From Candidatus Magasanikbacteria bacterium CG1_02_32_51 (GTDB taxonomy: Bacteria; Patescibacteriota; Patescibacteriia; Magasanikbacterales; UBA922): a DNA stretch of 62,651 bases. The stretch spans positions 1-62,651 of the forward strand of contig MNVC01000012.1 in NCBI GenBank assembly GCA_001871435.1, written 5' to 3'. Position numbers and translations under genes: made by a program. A model generated the notes under the pieces. It worked only from the letters and a program-made list of their open reading frames with translations. It searched no databases and had not been told where the DNA came from. Below, one piece after another: positions 10,062 to 19,686 of this stretch (position 1 is the first letter of the stretch; each line of letters starts with the position of its first letter).

Positions 10062-10169
10062 TGATTAACTATTTGGACTAAAATCAATTTTAAATTTCAA
10101 AGCCCAAATGACAAATCAAAACCTAATTTCAAATATCAAATTTTTATCATTTAGTAATTTGTCATTGAT

Positions 10170-10210
10170 TCCACCCACAGCCCAAGGCGTGCACGGCAAG
10201 GCGGACAGGT
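10170..10210. repeat. Composite CCGCC-AAGGCGG palindrome inside an AT-rich inverted array (about 10090-10240)
   Basis: tccacccacagcccaaggcgtgcacggcaaggcggacaggt; near-copy at 15768-15808. Confidence 0.8.
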
Positions 10211-10255
10211 TGAAATTTGGATTTATTAATTTGAAATTTATTATATACGTTTTTT

Positions 10256-11452
10256 ATGTACTTATTTTTCAAAAAAAACCGAGAAGAAAAATTCAATATT
10301 GTCCAGCACAATGGTGTCTTCAAAAGAAAAATAGGATTGTTTGAAGCAGTGGCATTGATTACTACCTCTACTATAGGTGCTGGCATTTTTAGTTTACCAT
10401 ATGCCATTTCCAAATCAGGATTATTTGTTGGTTTAATTTATTTAGTTTTATTTGGTATTTTGATAATGGGATTGAATCTCATGTTAGGTCAGGTTGCTGA
10501 TGAAACTGGTCAAAATATGCAGATGGTTGGTTTGGCTAAGAAATATTTAGGCAAACCAGCTGAATACTTGATGACTTTATTATTCTATTTGATGTCTTTT
10601 GGTGTGCTTGTTATCTATATGATCGGCGAAGGCGAAGCTTTGTCTGCTTTGTTTGGTGGTACAAAATTTATGTGGTCTGTGATTTTTGTAACTTTTTTCT
10701 CTTTATTATTGTTTATTGGTATTAGGGCTATAAAAATTATTGACTTTGTATTGAGTTTGTCTATTTTGTTTATTATATTATTGATCGTTTGGATCAGTGC
10801 TCCTCATGTTGATTATCAAAATTATGTTTATACAGATTTAAAAAACGTCTTTTTCCCTTTTGGTGTGATTTTGTTTGCTTATTCTGGTGTCACATCTATT
10901 CCAGAAGCTCACAGTTTATTAAGAAATAAAAGTAAAGATTTCAAAAAATCTATTGTAATTTCTAGTATTATTGTTATTACTGCCTATATTTTGTTTGTAG
11001 TCGCAGTATTAGGTGTGACAGGAAATAATACTTCTGAACTCGCTACGATTTCTTTGGGTCAAAAAGTCGGTCCATCTGTTTATTTTTTTGGTAATTTGTT
11101 TGCCATATTAGCGATGGGTACTGGATTTTTGATGACCGGTTTAGCTCTTAGAGATTCTTTGGCTTGGGACTACAAATTATCTAATATAAAGTCTTTTCTT
11201 ATTACGGTAGTTGTACCTTTAGTTATATTTTCTTTAGGAGTTAGAAAATTTGTGGCTGTCATTGATATTGTTGGTGGTGTTGTGGTAAGTACCCAAATGC
11301 TTTTGGCTTTACTTATTTATTGGCGTGCCAAAAATTTAGGACATTTGAAAAATGATAAATATCAGTTGCATCATATACTTTTGACCATGATTCCTTTGTT
11401 TTTAATTTTACTATTAGGAACAATTTATAGTGTTGTGAAGTTGTTTTTCTAA
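10256..11452 (+). CDS. Amino acid permease (aromatic amino acid/HAAAP-like)
   Basis: LITTSTIGAGIFSLPY; about 11 TM; PFGVILFAY. Confidence 0.8.
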   Translation: MYLFFKKNREEKFNIVQHNGVFKRKIGLFEAVALITTSTIGAGIFSLPYAISKSGLFVGLIYLVLFGILIMGLNLMLGQVADETGQNMQMVGLAKKYLGKPAEYLMTLLFYLMSFGVLVIYMIGEGEALSALFGGTKFMWSVIFVTFFSLLLFIGIRAIKIIDFVLSLSILFIILLIVWISAPHVDYQNYVYTDLKNVFFPFGVILFAYSGVTSIPEAHSLLRNKSKDFKKSIVISSIIVITAYILFVVAVLGVTGNNTSELATISLGQKVGPSVYFFGNLFAILAMGTGFLMTGLALRDSLAWDYKLSNIKSFLITVVVPLVIFSLGVRKFVAVIDIVGGVVVSTQMLLALLIYWRAKNLGHLKNDKYQLHHILLTMIPLFLILLLGTIYSVVKLFF

Positions 11453-11477
11453 CTTTGTTATTAAAGCATTAAAACAT

Positions 11478-11507
11478 TCCGCCCAAGGCGAATCCGCCTT
11501 GGGCGGA
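11478..11507. repeat. Double-hairpin CCGCC-AAGGCGG palindrome
   Basis: tccgcccaaggcgaatccgccttgggcgga, embedded in taaaacat-type repeats. Confidence 0.85.
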
Positions 11508-11576
11508 AAAATATTAAAACAACATGAAGATGTTTTGTTTATAATTTCTGTGAGACAAATAATTATATTTTATATG

Positions 11577-12827
11577 TTATGTGGCAAAAGAAAACAATTG
11601 TTGTTGTGTGTAAATTTGTTCTACATCTTCTTCGGCTATTTCACCTTCTAGCATTTGTATAAGTGTATTCCCAATATGATAACCAAGATTTACAGGTACG
11701 GCATTACCAATTTGTTTGTATTGTTGAGAGATAGAGCCTGAAAATTTCCAATCATCAGGGAATGTTTGAATTCTAGCATATTCACGTACTGTGAGAGGGC
11801 GAGTTTCTTCAGGATGACATCGTTCTGTTTGCTTTTGTGCTGGACTACATGTCAACGTAAGTGAAGGTTCCTCCCAAGAAAGTCTTCTAGCCATACCAGT
11901 TTTTCCACCACCCATGTAAAAGCTTGCCCCCATATATTTTTTTTGTAAATCTTCAGGTAAATTTCTCCAATAACCACCAGGAGGTATAAGATCTAAAATG
12001 TTTTTTTTATGTTCTGGATATTTTTGACCTTCAGATTTTGGACATTTGTGTAAAGCCTCGCGTAGAGGAATTATATAATCCTTTTCTTTAGGAAATGAAA
12101 TTGGTATATTCAAATCGTTTCTTACTCCAATGATAATTAGACGCTCTCTTTTTTGAGATACATCTAAATATTGTGATCTAAGAACTTTATATTTAACCTT
12201 GTATCCCAATTCTTCTAAAACAGAGACCATTGTTTTTAGAGTTCTTCCACCATCGTGATTTAATAATCCCTTTACATTTTCTCCGACTGCAATTTTTGGT
12301 TTTACTTCTTTTACACATCTAGCAAACTCAAAAAATAAAGTTCCTCGTATATCTTCGAATCCCATCTTTTTACCAGCATAGGAAAAAGTTTGACATGGAA
12401 AACCTCCTTGCACAATATCAGCTTGTCCTTCCTCAAATTTTAGATTTCGTACGTCGTCTTCAACTACGTTCCAATCTGGTCTGTTTGTCCTTAATGTTTC
12501 ACAGGCGTGTTTATCATATTCGTTTAATAGGATATGCTCAATACCTGCATTTTCCATTCCTATGGCCGTTCCCCCCGCACCTGCAAATAACTCAATTGCT
12601 GTATATGATGATTTCTTTTTATTTTTTAAAATTTTGAATTTGTTTGTTTTGCTACCAGATTTATTTTGGATTCTTTTAATTTCATCTAGTAAAAACATTC
12701 TGTCATTTCTATCATTTCGAAAAGATTTAATCAAACCGGATTTGTCCCAGCGTCTGATAGTATCAATAGATATGTTTAGTAGGAGGGCAGTCTCGCCAGC
12801 TGTAAAATATTTTTTTGTACTTTTCAT
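11577..12827 (-). CDS. DNA (cytosine-5) methyltransferase with N-terminal MerR-type HTH
   Basis: ELFAGAGG, GGFPCQ, ENV, QKRER, RPLTVREYARIQTFP, YKQIGNAVP. N-terminal TAGETALLLNISIDTIRRWD. Confidence 0.95.
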   Translation of the reverse strand: MKSTKKYFTAGETALLLNISIDTIRRWDKSGLIKSFRNDRNDRMFLLDEIKRIQNKSGSKTNKFKILKNKKKSSYTAIELFAGAGGTAIGMENAGIEHILLNEYDKHACETLRTNRPDWNVVEDDVRNLKFEEGQADIVQGGFPCQTFSYAGKKMGFEDIRGTLFFEFARCVKEVKPKIAVGENVKGLLNHDGGRTLKTMVSVLEELGYKVKYKVLRSQYLDVSQKRERLIIIGVRNDLNIPISFPKEKDYIIPLREALHKCPKSEGQKYPEHKKNILDLIPPGGYWRNLPEDLQKKYMGASFYMGGGKTGMARRLSWEEPSLTLTCSPAQKQTERCHPEETRPLTVREYARIQTFPDDWKFSGSISQQYKQIGNAVPVNLGYHIGNTLIQMLEGEIAEEDVEQIYTQQQLFSFAT

Positions 12828-12890
12828 ATAAAAAATGATAGTGGATTAAGTTATCATTATTATATCATATAACCATTGCCTATGTGAAGG

Positions 12891-13592
12891 TTATTCTGTG
12901 GAAAAAGCCATTTTGAATAATTTGTGATACTCTTTGCTTTCTTGTTTATTCAATTTATAATTGTGTTTGTCAGCAATAACCTGGGGGATAATGTCAAATA
13001 ACTCAAGAAGTGCATTTTTTCTTCCAGTTGTCATTTCATAAAAACTAACGCCATCAATTACTCTTATTTTGTTTTTTGCTGGACGTCTTTTTCCTTTTTC
13101 AGATGGTGTAAATGGTTTATCATATTTTTTTCTTCTTTTTGAGATTACTTCGACATAATAGCCAGTATAACCAGTATATTCATAATTTTTGAGAGTATTT
13201 TTTATGTCGTCATATAACTTTACTAAATGGTTTCCTTTTGTGGTGTTGTATTTATTTTTGACTTCAGCAATTATTTTCATTTTTTTATTTATGACATCTA
13301 AACCACCTCCTGTGCCAAGGTTTTTCCAACCAGAAATTGAACCTAAAATATCTTGGTGAAAATCACCTATAGAATTTTGCATTGTTTTTTGAGTTTGTCT
13401 AGCTTTTTCTTGTTCCATCCAATCTGTATAAGGTATAGATTTTGTAATTCCATGGAACAAAGCAGAAAATGGGTCTATTACATTTTTATGTATGTTGACT
13501 TCTGCATCCTGTTCAGCTTTTTCAATTACATTTATAACTTTACTAACAGCAGAAATTAAATTTTTGTCAGAAATAAATTTTAGGTAAGGCAT
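12891..13592 (-). CDS. Type II restriction endonuclease, Eco47II/Sau96I-like
   Basis: KNVIDPFSALF...EKARQTQKTMQNSIGDFHQ...GLDV...IAEVKNKYNT (PD-ExK-type core); adjacent to the C5 MTase. Confidence 0.8.
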   Translation of the reverse strand: MPYLKFISDKNLISAVSKVINVIEKAEQDAEVNIHKNVIDPFSALFHGITKSIPYTDWMEQEKARQTQKTMQNSIGDFHQDILGSISGWKNLGTGGGLDVINKKMKIIAEVKNKYNTTKGNHLVKLYDDIKNTLKNYEYTGYTGYYVEVISKRRKKYDKPFTPSEKGKRRPAKNKIRVIDGVSFYEMTTGRKNALLELFDIIPQVIADKHNYKLNKQESKEYHKLFKMAFSTE

Positions 13593-13719
13593 ATTAATTT
13601 TTAAATTTTAACTTAAACTTAAACTAATAATACCACACAACGCACAATTTGCAAGGTCTTTTGTACCATTTTCTCTCAAAATCTGTTATAATATAAACAC
13701 TTATTTTTTACTTATATTT

Positions 13720-14532
13720 ATGACCATAATCCAATCTATAGTCTTGGGAATTGTCCAGGGTTTGAGTGAATTTTTACCAATTTCTTCTTCTGGACATCTT
13801 ATTTTTTTACCCAGACTCTTTGGTTGGTCTGATCATCCTATCGCTTTCGACGTAATCTTACATTTGGGTACACTACTCGCCGTAGTTTTTTATTTCCGTA
13901 AAAAGTTGTGGCAACTCATTTTGGCTTTTTTCAATTATAAAAAGGATATTAGTGAAGAAGTGAAGTCAGACAAAAAAATAGCTTGGTTGATAGCTTTTAG
14001 TATCATACCTGCTGGAGCTGTTGGGTATTTTTGGGGTGATTGGTTGGAGAATACTTTCAGTTCTTCTACTTTTATTGCTTTTAGTCTTATCTTTTGGGGT
14101 ATTATTTTGTATGTGGCCGATAGATATGCCAAGAGACAGACACAAACAAAAAAATTAGCACAAATTTCTTGGAAAGATAATTTATTTATAGCTATTTCTC
14201 AAGCTCTAGCACTGATACCAGGTACTTCTAGGTCTGGTATTACTATGACAGCTGGATTATTTAGCAAATTAGACAAAAACACAGCGGCAGAATATTCATT
14301 TTTAATGAGTGTACCTATTATTTTGTTAGCAGGACTTAGTAATGTTTTTGATTTGGTAAAAAACGGTTTAGGGAATTTGAATTTGTTAGTTTTGACTACT
14401 GGTTTTGTTTTTTCATCTTTGAGTGGTTTTTTTGCTATTTCTTTTTTCTTAAAAATTATCAAAAAATGGGACTTTACACCTTTTGTTATTTATAGAATAA
14501 TTATTGGTGTTTTGATACTATTTTTATTATAA
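13720..14532 (+). CDS. uppP: Undecaprenyl-diphosphatase
   Basis: LGIVQGLSEFLPISSSGH; PGTSRSG; AAEYSFLMS. Confidence 0.97.
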   Translation: MTIIQSIVLGIVQGLSEFLPISSSGHLIFLPRLFGWSDHPIAFDVILHLGTLLAVVFYFRKKLWQLILAFFNYKKDISEEVKSDKKIAWLIAFSIIPAGAVGYFWGDWLENTFSSSTFIAFSLIFWGIILYVADRYAKRQTQTKKLAQISWKDNLFIAISQALALIPGTSRSGITMTAGLFSKLDKNTAAEYSFLMSVPIILLAGLSNVFDLVKNGLGNLNLLVLTTGFVFSSLSGFFAISFFLKIIKKWDFTPFVIYRIIIGVLILFLL

Positions 14533-14548
14533 AAATTTTCTAGAAGGG

Positions 14549-14635
14549 TTCCCTCCTTGAGGAGGGGCAGGGAGGTGTTACCGTTTTGTAAGTAATTACG
14601 GTGGTAACACCCCCTTTATCCCCCTCGAGGGGGAA
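14549..14635. repeat. Inverted REP-like doublet (CCCCTC...GAGGGG family)
   Basis: ttccctccttgaggaggggcagggaggtgttacc...ggtaacaccccctttatccccctcgagggggaa; relatives at 28654-28766 and inside uvrB. Confidence 0.85.
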
Positions 14636-14690
14636 ACCAAAAAATTATCTCAATTTATTATAAACTCATAAAAAATAATAGTTTGTCATT

Positions 14691-15707
14691 ATGAAAAAAA
14701 ACAAAAAAGAAAAAAATATTGTAACAGTCCTCGGTGCTGGAAATATGGGGACCGCTATATCTCAAGTTTTGGCTGATAATGGTAATATTGTTAATATTTG
14801 GAATTGGGAAGGGGATATAGAACCTTTGAAACAAATTGAAAAACATCATGAAAACAAAAATTATCTAAAAGGTGTTAAACTGTCAGAAAATATTATAGTT
14901 AAATATAGTATTGAAGAAGCTTTGTTGGATTCTTCTTTTGTTTTTTTGGCTATTCCGAGTGGTGTGCTTGAACATACTATTGCCTTTGCAGCCAGAAATA
15001 TCAAAAATAGGGCAATAGTAATAGATTTATCAAAGGGAATAGACACTAAAAGTTTGCAAATTACTTCTTTTATAATTGCTAAACATTTACGTTCAAATTT
15101 GAAAAAAAATGTAGTAACTATTTCAGGTCCAGCAATTGCCTCACAGATGGTGAACAAAAATTTTACAGCTATGAATATAGCTTCCAAAAATAATAATGCT
15201 ATCAAAAAAGTTAGGTCAATTATGGAAAATGAATATATCAAATTGGTACCAACTCATGATGTAATTGGAGTAGATGTGGGTGGATCATTCAAAAATGTTT
15301 ATAGTATTGCAATTGGTATGTGTGAAGGCCTTGGTTATGGACTAAATACTAAAGCTGCTTTGATTACTTATGCCATCAAAGAAATTGCTGATATTACCAA
15401 AGCTATGGGTGGTAAAAGACGTACTGCTTATGATCTAGCTGGTTTAGGTGATCTTATAGGAACTTCGCTTTGTGAAGATAGTCGTAATCATCGTTTCGGT
15501 AAATATCTAGGTCAAGGAATGCCAGCTCTCAAAGCTAAAGAAAAAGTAGGTCAAACAATAGAAGGTATTGATGCTGTAGAGTGCCTGATTAGATTAGTAA
15601 AAAAATACGATTTGGGTACTCCTTTTGCTAATACTATTTATCATTGTATAGTTAGTAAGCATGATCCTAGAAGAGCTTTTGAAAATCTTTTGAGAAACAT
15701 TTTATAG
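14691..15707 (+). CDS. gpsA: NAD(P)H-dependent glycerol-3-phosphate dehydrogenase
   Basis: VLGAGNMGTA; SKGI; ISGP; GGSFKNV; GLGDL..T; SRN; EG. Confidence 0.93.
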   Translation: MKKNKKEKNIVTVLGAGNMGTAISQVLADNGNIVNIWNWEGDIEPLKQIEKHHENKNYLKGVKLSENIIVKYSIEEALLDSSFVFLAIPSGVLEHTIAFAARNIKNRAIVIDLSKGIDTKSLQITSFIIAKHLRSNLKKNVVTISGPAIASQMVNKNFTAMNIASKNNNAIKKVRSIMENEYIKLVPTHDVIGVDVGGSFKNVYSIAIGMCEGLGYGLNTKAALITYAIKEIADITKAMGGKRRTAYDLAGLGDLIGTSLCEDSRNHRFGKYLGQGMPALKAKEKVGQTIEGIDAVECLIRLVKKYDLGTPFANTIYHCIVSKHDPRRAFENLLRNIL

Positions 15708-15767
15708 TAGTTGACAAATTTGTTTAGTATGGTATGATAAATATGATAATTCATATTTATTTATTTT

Positions 15768-15808
15768 TCCACCCACAGCCCCAGGCGTGCTTAGCAAGGC
15801 GGACTAGT
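15768..15808. repeat. Composite CCGCC-AAGGCGG palindrome
   Basis: tccacccacagccccaggcgtgcttagcaaggcggactagt; near-copy of 10170-10210. Confidence 0.8.
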
Positions 15809-15881
15809 AATTAATTAACAGAATTTATTTTTTGAAAGTTAATTTCTCAAATTGGTGGTATAAAATTATAATTCATCACTT

Positions 15882-16130
15882 ATGAAAAAAGAAGCCAAGG
15901 AAGAATTTTTTGGCAACATACATGGTACCACCTCTGTTGGTGAAAGAGGACAATTAGTTATACCAAAGAAATTGCGCGAAAAATTAAAAATTAAAAAAGG
16001 TGACAATTTTGTAGTTGTCGAAAAGCATGGTATGGTAATTCTTATGCCAACCAAAGTCATGACTGATTTTATTTCCAAATTGAATCTTCAATTGAACAAT
16101 ATTAATCCGCCCAAGGCGGACAAGGTTTAA
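15882..16130 (+). CDS. AbrB/MazE/SpoVT-family DNA-binding protein
   Basis: TTSVGERGQLVIPKKLREKLKIKKGD. The last codons (NPPKADKV*) come from a repeat. Confidence 0.9.
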   Translation: MKKEAKEEFFGNIHGTTSVGERGQLVIPKKLREKLKIKKGDNFVVVEKHGMVILMPTKVMTDFISKLNLQLNNINPPKADKV

Positions 16131-16230
16131 TTCCTCGTAGCTTGCTGCAAAATAATCCAATTGATACCTCGTCAGCTTCAGCCAGAGGACTGATCAGCCT
16201 AGGGCACGATGCTGTGCGAGGTAGTCCATT
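16102..16230. mobile_element. Short non-autonomous hairpin element, copy 1 (carries an extra nested palindrome)
   Basis: First about 70 nt nearly identical to 33605-33675, and a shared 3' end cgaggtagt(c/t)catt. Confidence 0.7.
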
Positions 16231-16242
16231 AAAGAAAATAAT

Positions 16243-18048
16243 ATGTCCGAAGAAAAAAAGAAAAAGAAATGGTACAAAAGAAAAATGTTTTATATTTTTG
16301 TGGTTATTTTAGTTTTGGTTGCTTTTGGTGTTTATGCCAAAATAAAAAATTCCAATAAACCACCAACTTATGAAACTATCAAAGTTGAGAGAGGAACTTT
16401 GTCACAAACAGTTGATGCCACTGGCAATGTAGAATCATCTGGTTCATTAGATTTACGTTTTCAAAAGAGTGCTAATCTGGCCAAAATTTATAAAAAAGTA
16501 AATGATAAAGTCAAAGCAGGGGATATTATAGCTGAGGTGGACGTTAGTAGTGAAAATGCTCAAGTGGCTCAAGCTAGTGCTTCAGTACAACAATCCAAAG
16601 CCAATTTGAACAAAGTTTTAGCAGGTGCTACTGATAGTTATGTTTTGAGTATCAAGTCAAATTATGATAAAGCTCAAGCAAGTCTAAATCAAATAAAATC
16701 CACATCAGCTGATGCTGTTGCTAATGCTGAGGCAACTTTGCAAACTGCAGAAAATAATTTGAAATTATCCGTTGGTGGAGAAAATAGTCAGATAGTTGAT
16801 AATGCTTATCAAGATTTGTTTGTCAATATTCAATCAGTTCAGAATTCTTTAGCCAATGCTTTGACTGATTCTGATAATATTTTGGGTATTGATAATACTT
16901 TAGCCAATGATAATTTTGAAGCTGTCTTGTCAGCTTTGGATAGTAGTAAATTGAACATTGCTAAAACAAAATATAGTGTTGCCAAATCAGCTAAAAATAA
17001 TTTAGATATTGCGAGTAATAATCTTAGTTTGAATTCTGTTCATAATGAAATAGATAATGTCGCCACAATAGCTGAAGAAGGTCTTGTTGCTTCTAGGGAT
17101 TTATTGTTTACAATGTCTCAAATGCTTGATGCTACAGTGCCAATTGGTAATTTGACTCAGACAGATTTGACTACCAAAAAATCTACAATTAATATTGATA
17201 GAACGGATATAAGTAGTAAATATGCAACATTGATTGGTAATGTTCAAGCTGTAGAAACTGCCAAAAATAGTTATATTACCTACAAAATCGCTTATGACAA
17301 AGCCAAAGCTAATTTGGAAAATGCCAAGACAAAGGCTGAGGCTGATATTGCTTCTGCCCAAGCCAGTTTGATTCAAGCTGAAGCTCAGTACAATGATGTC
17401 AAAAACCCAGCTCGCAGTGAAGACGTTTCTTCCGCTCGTGCCCAACTTGCTGGCACTCAAGCTAGTCTATCTCAGGCTGTGGCTACTCGTAATAAAGGTA
17501 GAATAATAGCTCCTGTAGCTGGTACTATTGCCAAGCTCAATGGTAAAGTTGGTGAATTTGTAAATTCAGTAGATGTTTTTGCTCAATTAGTAAATCCACA
17601 TTTATTTGAAATTAATGTAGATATTCCAGAGACAGATATTATCAAAATTTCTATTGGAGATGATACTGACATTACTCTTGATGCTTATGGTGAAGATCAC
17701 CATTTTGTAGGTAAAGTCAGTCAAATAGAAACAGGGGAGACTGTGATTCAAGATGTAGTTTATTACAAAGTTACGATTTCTATGGAAGATAATGATAGTC
17801 AATATCATATTTTGAATGGTATGACAGCTAATATTCTTTTTTATACTGAAAAGAAAGACAATGTTTTGTACATACCACAAAGAACTATCAAAACTGATGA
17901 TAATGGCAAAAAATATGTAATTGTGTTAGATAATGGACAGACAAGTAATGTTTTTATAGAAACAGGGCTTCGTGGTGATAATGGTTTGATTGAAGTTACT
18001 TCTGGATTGCAAGATGGACAAGAGGTTGTGGTTAGACAAAATGCTTAA
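16243..18048 (+). CDS. Efflux periplasmic adaptor (HlyD/MacA-like) with a long coiled coil
   Basis: N-terminal TM; VERGTLSQTVDATGNV; IIAPVAGTI; IPETDI; NGMTAN; VLYIP; IETGL...SGLQDGQEVV. Confidence 0.9.
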   Translation: MSEEKKKKKWYKRKMFYIFVVILVLVAFGVYAKIKNSNKPPTYETIKVERGTLSQTVDATGNVESSGSLDLRFQKSANLAKIYKKVNDKVKAGDIIAEVDVSSENAQVAQASASVQQSKANLNKVLAGATDSYVLSIKSNYDKAQASLNQIKSTSADAVANAEATLQTAENNLKLSVGGENSQIVDNAYQDLFVNIQSVQNSLANALTDSDNILGIDNTLANDNFEAVLSALDSSKLNIAKTKYSVAKSAKNNLDIASNNLSLNSVHNEIDNVATIAEEGLVASRDLLFTMSQMLDATVPIGNLTQTDLTTKKSTINIDRTDISSKYATLIGNVQAVETAKNSYITYKIAYDKAKANLENAKTKAEADIASAQASLIQAEAQYNDVKNPARSEDVSSARAQLAGTQASLSQAVATRNKGRIIAPVAGTIAKLNGKVGEFVNSVDVFAQLVNPHLFEINVDIPETDIIKISIGDDTDITLDAYGEDHHFVGKVSQIETGETVIQDVVYYKVTISMEDNDSQYHILNGMTANILFYTEKKDNVLYIPQRTIKTDDNGKKYVIVLDNGQTSNVFIETGLRGDNGLIEVTSGLQDGQEVVVRQNA

Positions 18049-18098
18049 AGACGCGGATTTATACGGATTTTAAATGCAGATAAACGCTGATTTTAATT

Positions 18099-19544
18099 AT
18101 GAACATAAAAAAAATATTTTTTACAATTTATCAAGTTTCTAAAAAAGAAAAAATAGAGGTTTACGCTGTTGGTGGCTATGTACGTGATCTTTTGTTGGAC
18201 AGAAAAATTAAAAAGGATATTGATTTTGTTGTTGTTGGCAGCGGTCTAGATTTTGCTAAGAAATTTGAACAAAAATATGATGATGAAGGAACTCTAATTG
18301 AATTCCCTGATTTTGATACTGCTAGATTTGTTTTTACCAAACTTTTGGAAGATGGTAACAAAGAAAAATTATTTGAAATTGAATTTGCTGGTGCTAGAAC
18401 CGAAAAATATGATAGTAATTCTCGCAAACCAAAAGTTGTTGCTACTGATTTGAAAACAGATTTAGAAAGACGTGATTTTACAATCAATGCCATGGCACGA
18501 AAAGTTATCGCCAGTGGTTTGTCCAAAACTATTGAAGACCCTTTTGATGGCCAAAAAGATTTAGCCAAAAAAATACTCAGAACACCACTTGATCCTGACG
18601 TCACATTTTCGGAAGATCCACTTCGTATGTTGCGTGCGACTAGATTTGCTTCTCAACTTGGTTTTGAAATTGAAAAAAAGACTTATCAGGCTCTCACAAA
18701 AAATAAAGAAAGATTGAAGATAATTTCTGCTGAAAGAATCCAAGAGGAATTTTTCAAGTTGCTTGCTACGCCGAAACCCTCTGTTGGTTTGTGGATTTTG
18801 TATGAAACTGGACTTTTGCAAGAATTTTTGCCAGAAGTCTGTGATCTTTGGGGGGTAGACGAGGTGTATGGTCATACTCACAAAAATAATTTGGATCATA
18901 CTTTCAAAGTAGTAGACAATTTGGCTGAACGTTCAGACAATACTTTGTTGCGTTATGCTGCCCTGATGCATGATATTGGCAAACCTGGAACCAAACAATT
19001 TGTAGCAAAACGTGGTTGGGCTTTTGATATGCATGAACATCTTGGTAGAAAGATAGTTCGTCAAATTGGCAAACGTTTACATATGAGTAAAAGTGATACT
19101 GAATATGTTGCCAAATTAGTTCGTTGGCACCAACAACCAATTGCCTTGATGGATGAAGGAATTACCGATAGTCCTGTACGTCGTCTAGTTGTTAATCTTG
19201 GAGAAGAATTAGAAGATCTTCTTACTTTGTGTCGCAGTGATATTACAACTGGAAATCCAAAAAAATTACAAAAGCGTCTCAAGAATTATGATATTTTGGA
19301 AGAGCGTATTGCTGAAGTTTTGGAAAAAGACAAACTTCGGGCTTTCAATTCTCCTGTTCGTGGTGAAGAAATTATGGAATTGTGTAATTTGAAACCCGGT
19401 CCAACTGTGGGTAGAATCAAGAAAGCTTTAGAGGAAGCAATTTTGGATGGAAAAGTAGAAAATGATTATGAAAAGGTAAAAGATTATTTTTTTACAATCA
19501 AAGATGAATATATGCAAAGTGTGCAGGAATGGGAGAAACTGTAA
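18099..19544 (+). CDS. cca: tRNA nucleotidyltransferase (CCA-adding/PolyA polymerase family) with HD domain
   Basis: VGGYVRD...DIDF; DLERRDFTINAMA; EDPLRMLRA; MHDIGK. Confidence 0.92.
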   Translation: MNIKKIFFTIYQVSKKEKIEVYAVGGYVRDLLLDRKIKKDIDFVVVGSGLDFAKKFEQKYDDEGTLIEFPDFDTARFVFTKLLEDGNKEKLFEIEFAGARTEKYDSNSRKPKVVATDLKTDLERRDFTINAMARKVIASGLSKTIEDPFDGQKDLAKKILRTPLDPDVTFSEDPLRMLRATRFASQLGFEIEKKTYQALTKNKERLKIISAERIQEEFFKLLATPKPSVGLWILYETGLLQEFLPEVCDLWGVDEVYGHTHKNNLDHTFKVVDNLAERSDNTLLRYAALMHDIGKPGTKQFVAKRGWAFDMHEHLGRKIVRQIGKRLHMSKSDTEYVAKLVRWHQQPIALMDEGITDSPVRRLVVNLGEELEDLLTLCRSDITTGNPKKLQKRLKNYDILEERIAEVLEKDKLRAFNSPVRGEEIMELCNLKPGPTVGRIKKALEEAILDGKVENDYEKVKDYFFTIKDEYMQSVQEWEKL

Positions 19545-19546
19545 TT

Positions 19547-19678
19547 TAGTAATTTTGAATTTCGAATTTTAAAACAATTTTTCAATTATTTAATTTTAAA
19601 TTAATTTTTTTGTAAATTTAAAATTGTTTCCAACCAAGTCGGACAAGTTAAAATTTAAAATTTCTAAATTTAAAATTC
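19547..19678. repeat. AT-rich inverted repeat pair (AAATTGTTTTAAAATTTAAAATT family) with a 19-nt palindrome inserted at 19629-19648
   Basis: Uninterrupted copies of the arm start at about 29563, 44814 and 47506. Confidence 0.8.
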
Positions 19679-19686
19679 GTATATAT

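Noticed and set aside
10108..10344. 78-aa ORF upstream of the permease
   Set aside because: It is mostly translated repeat DNA and overlaps the permease out of frame.
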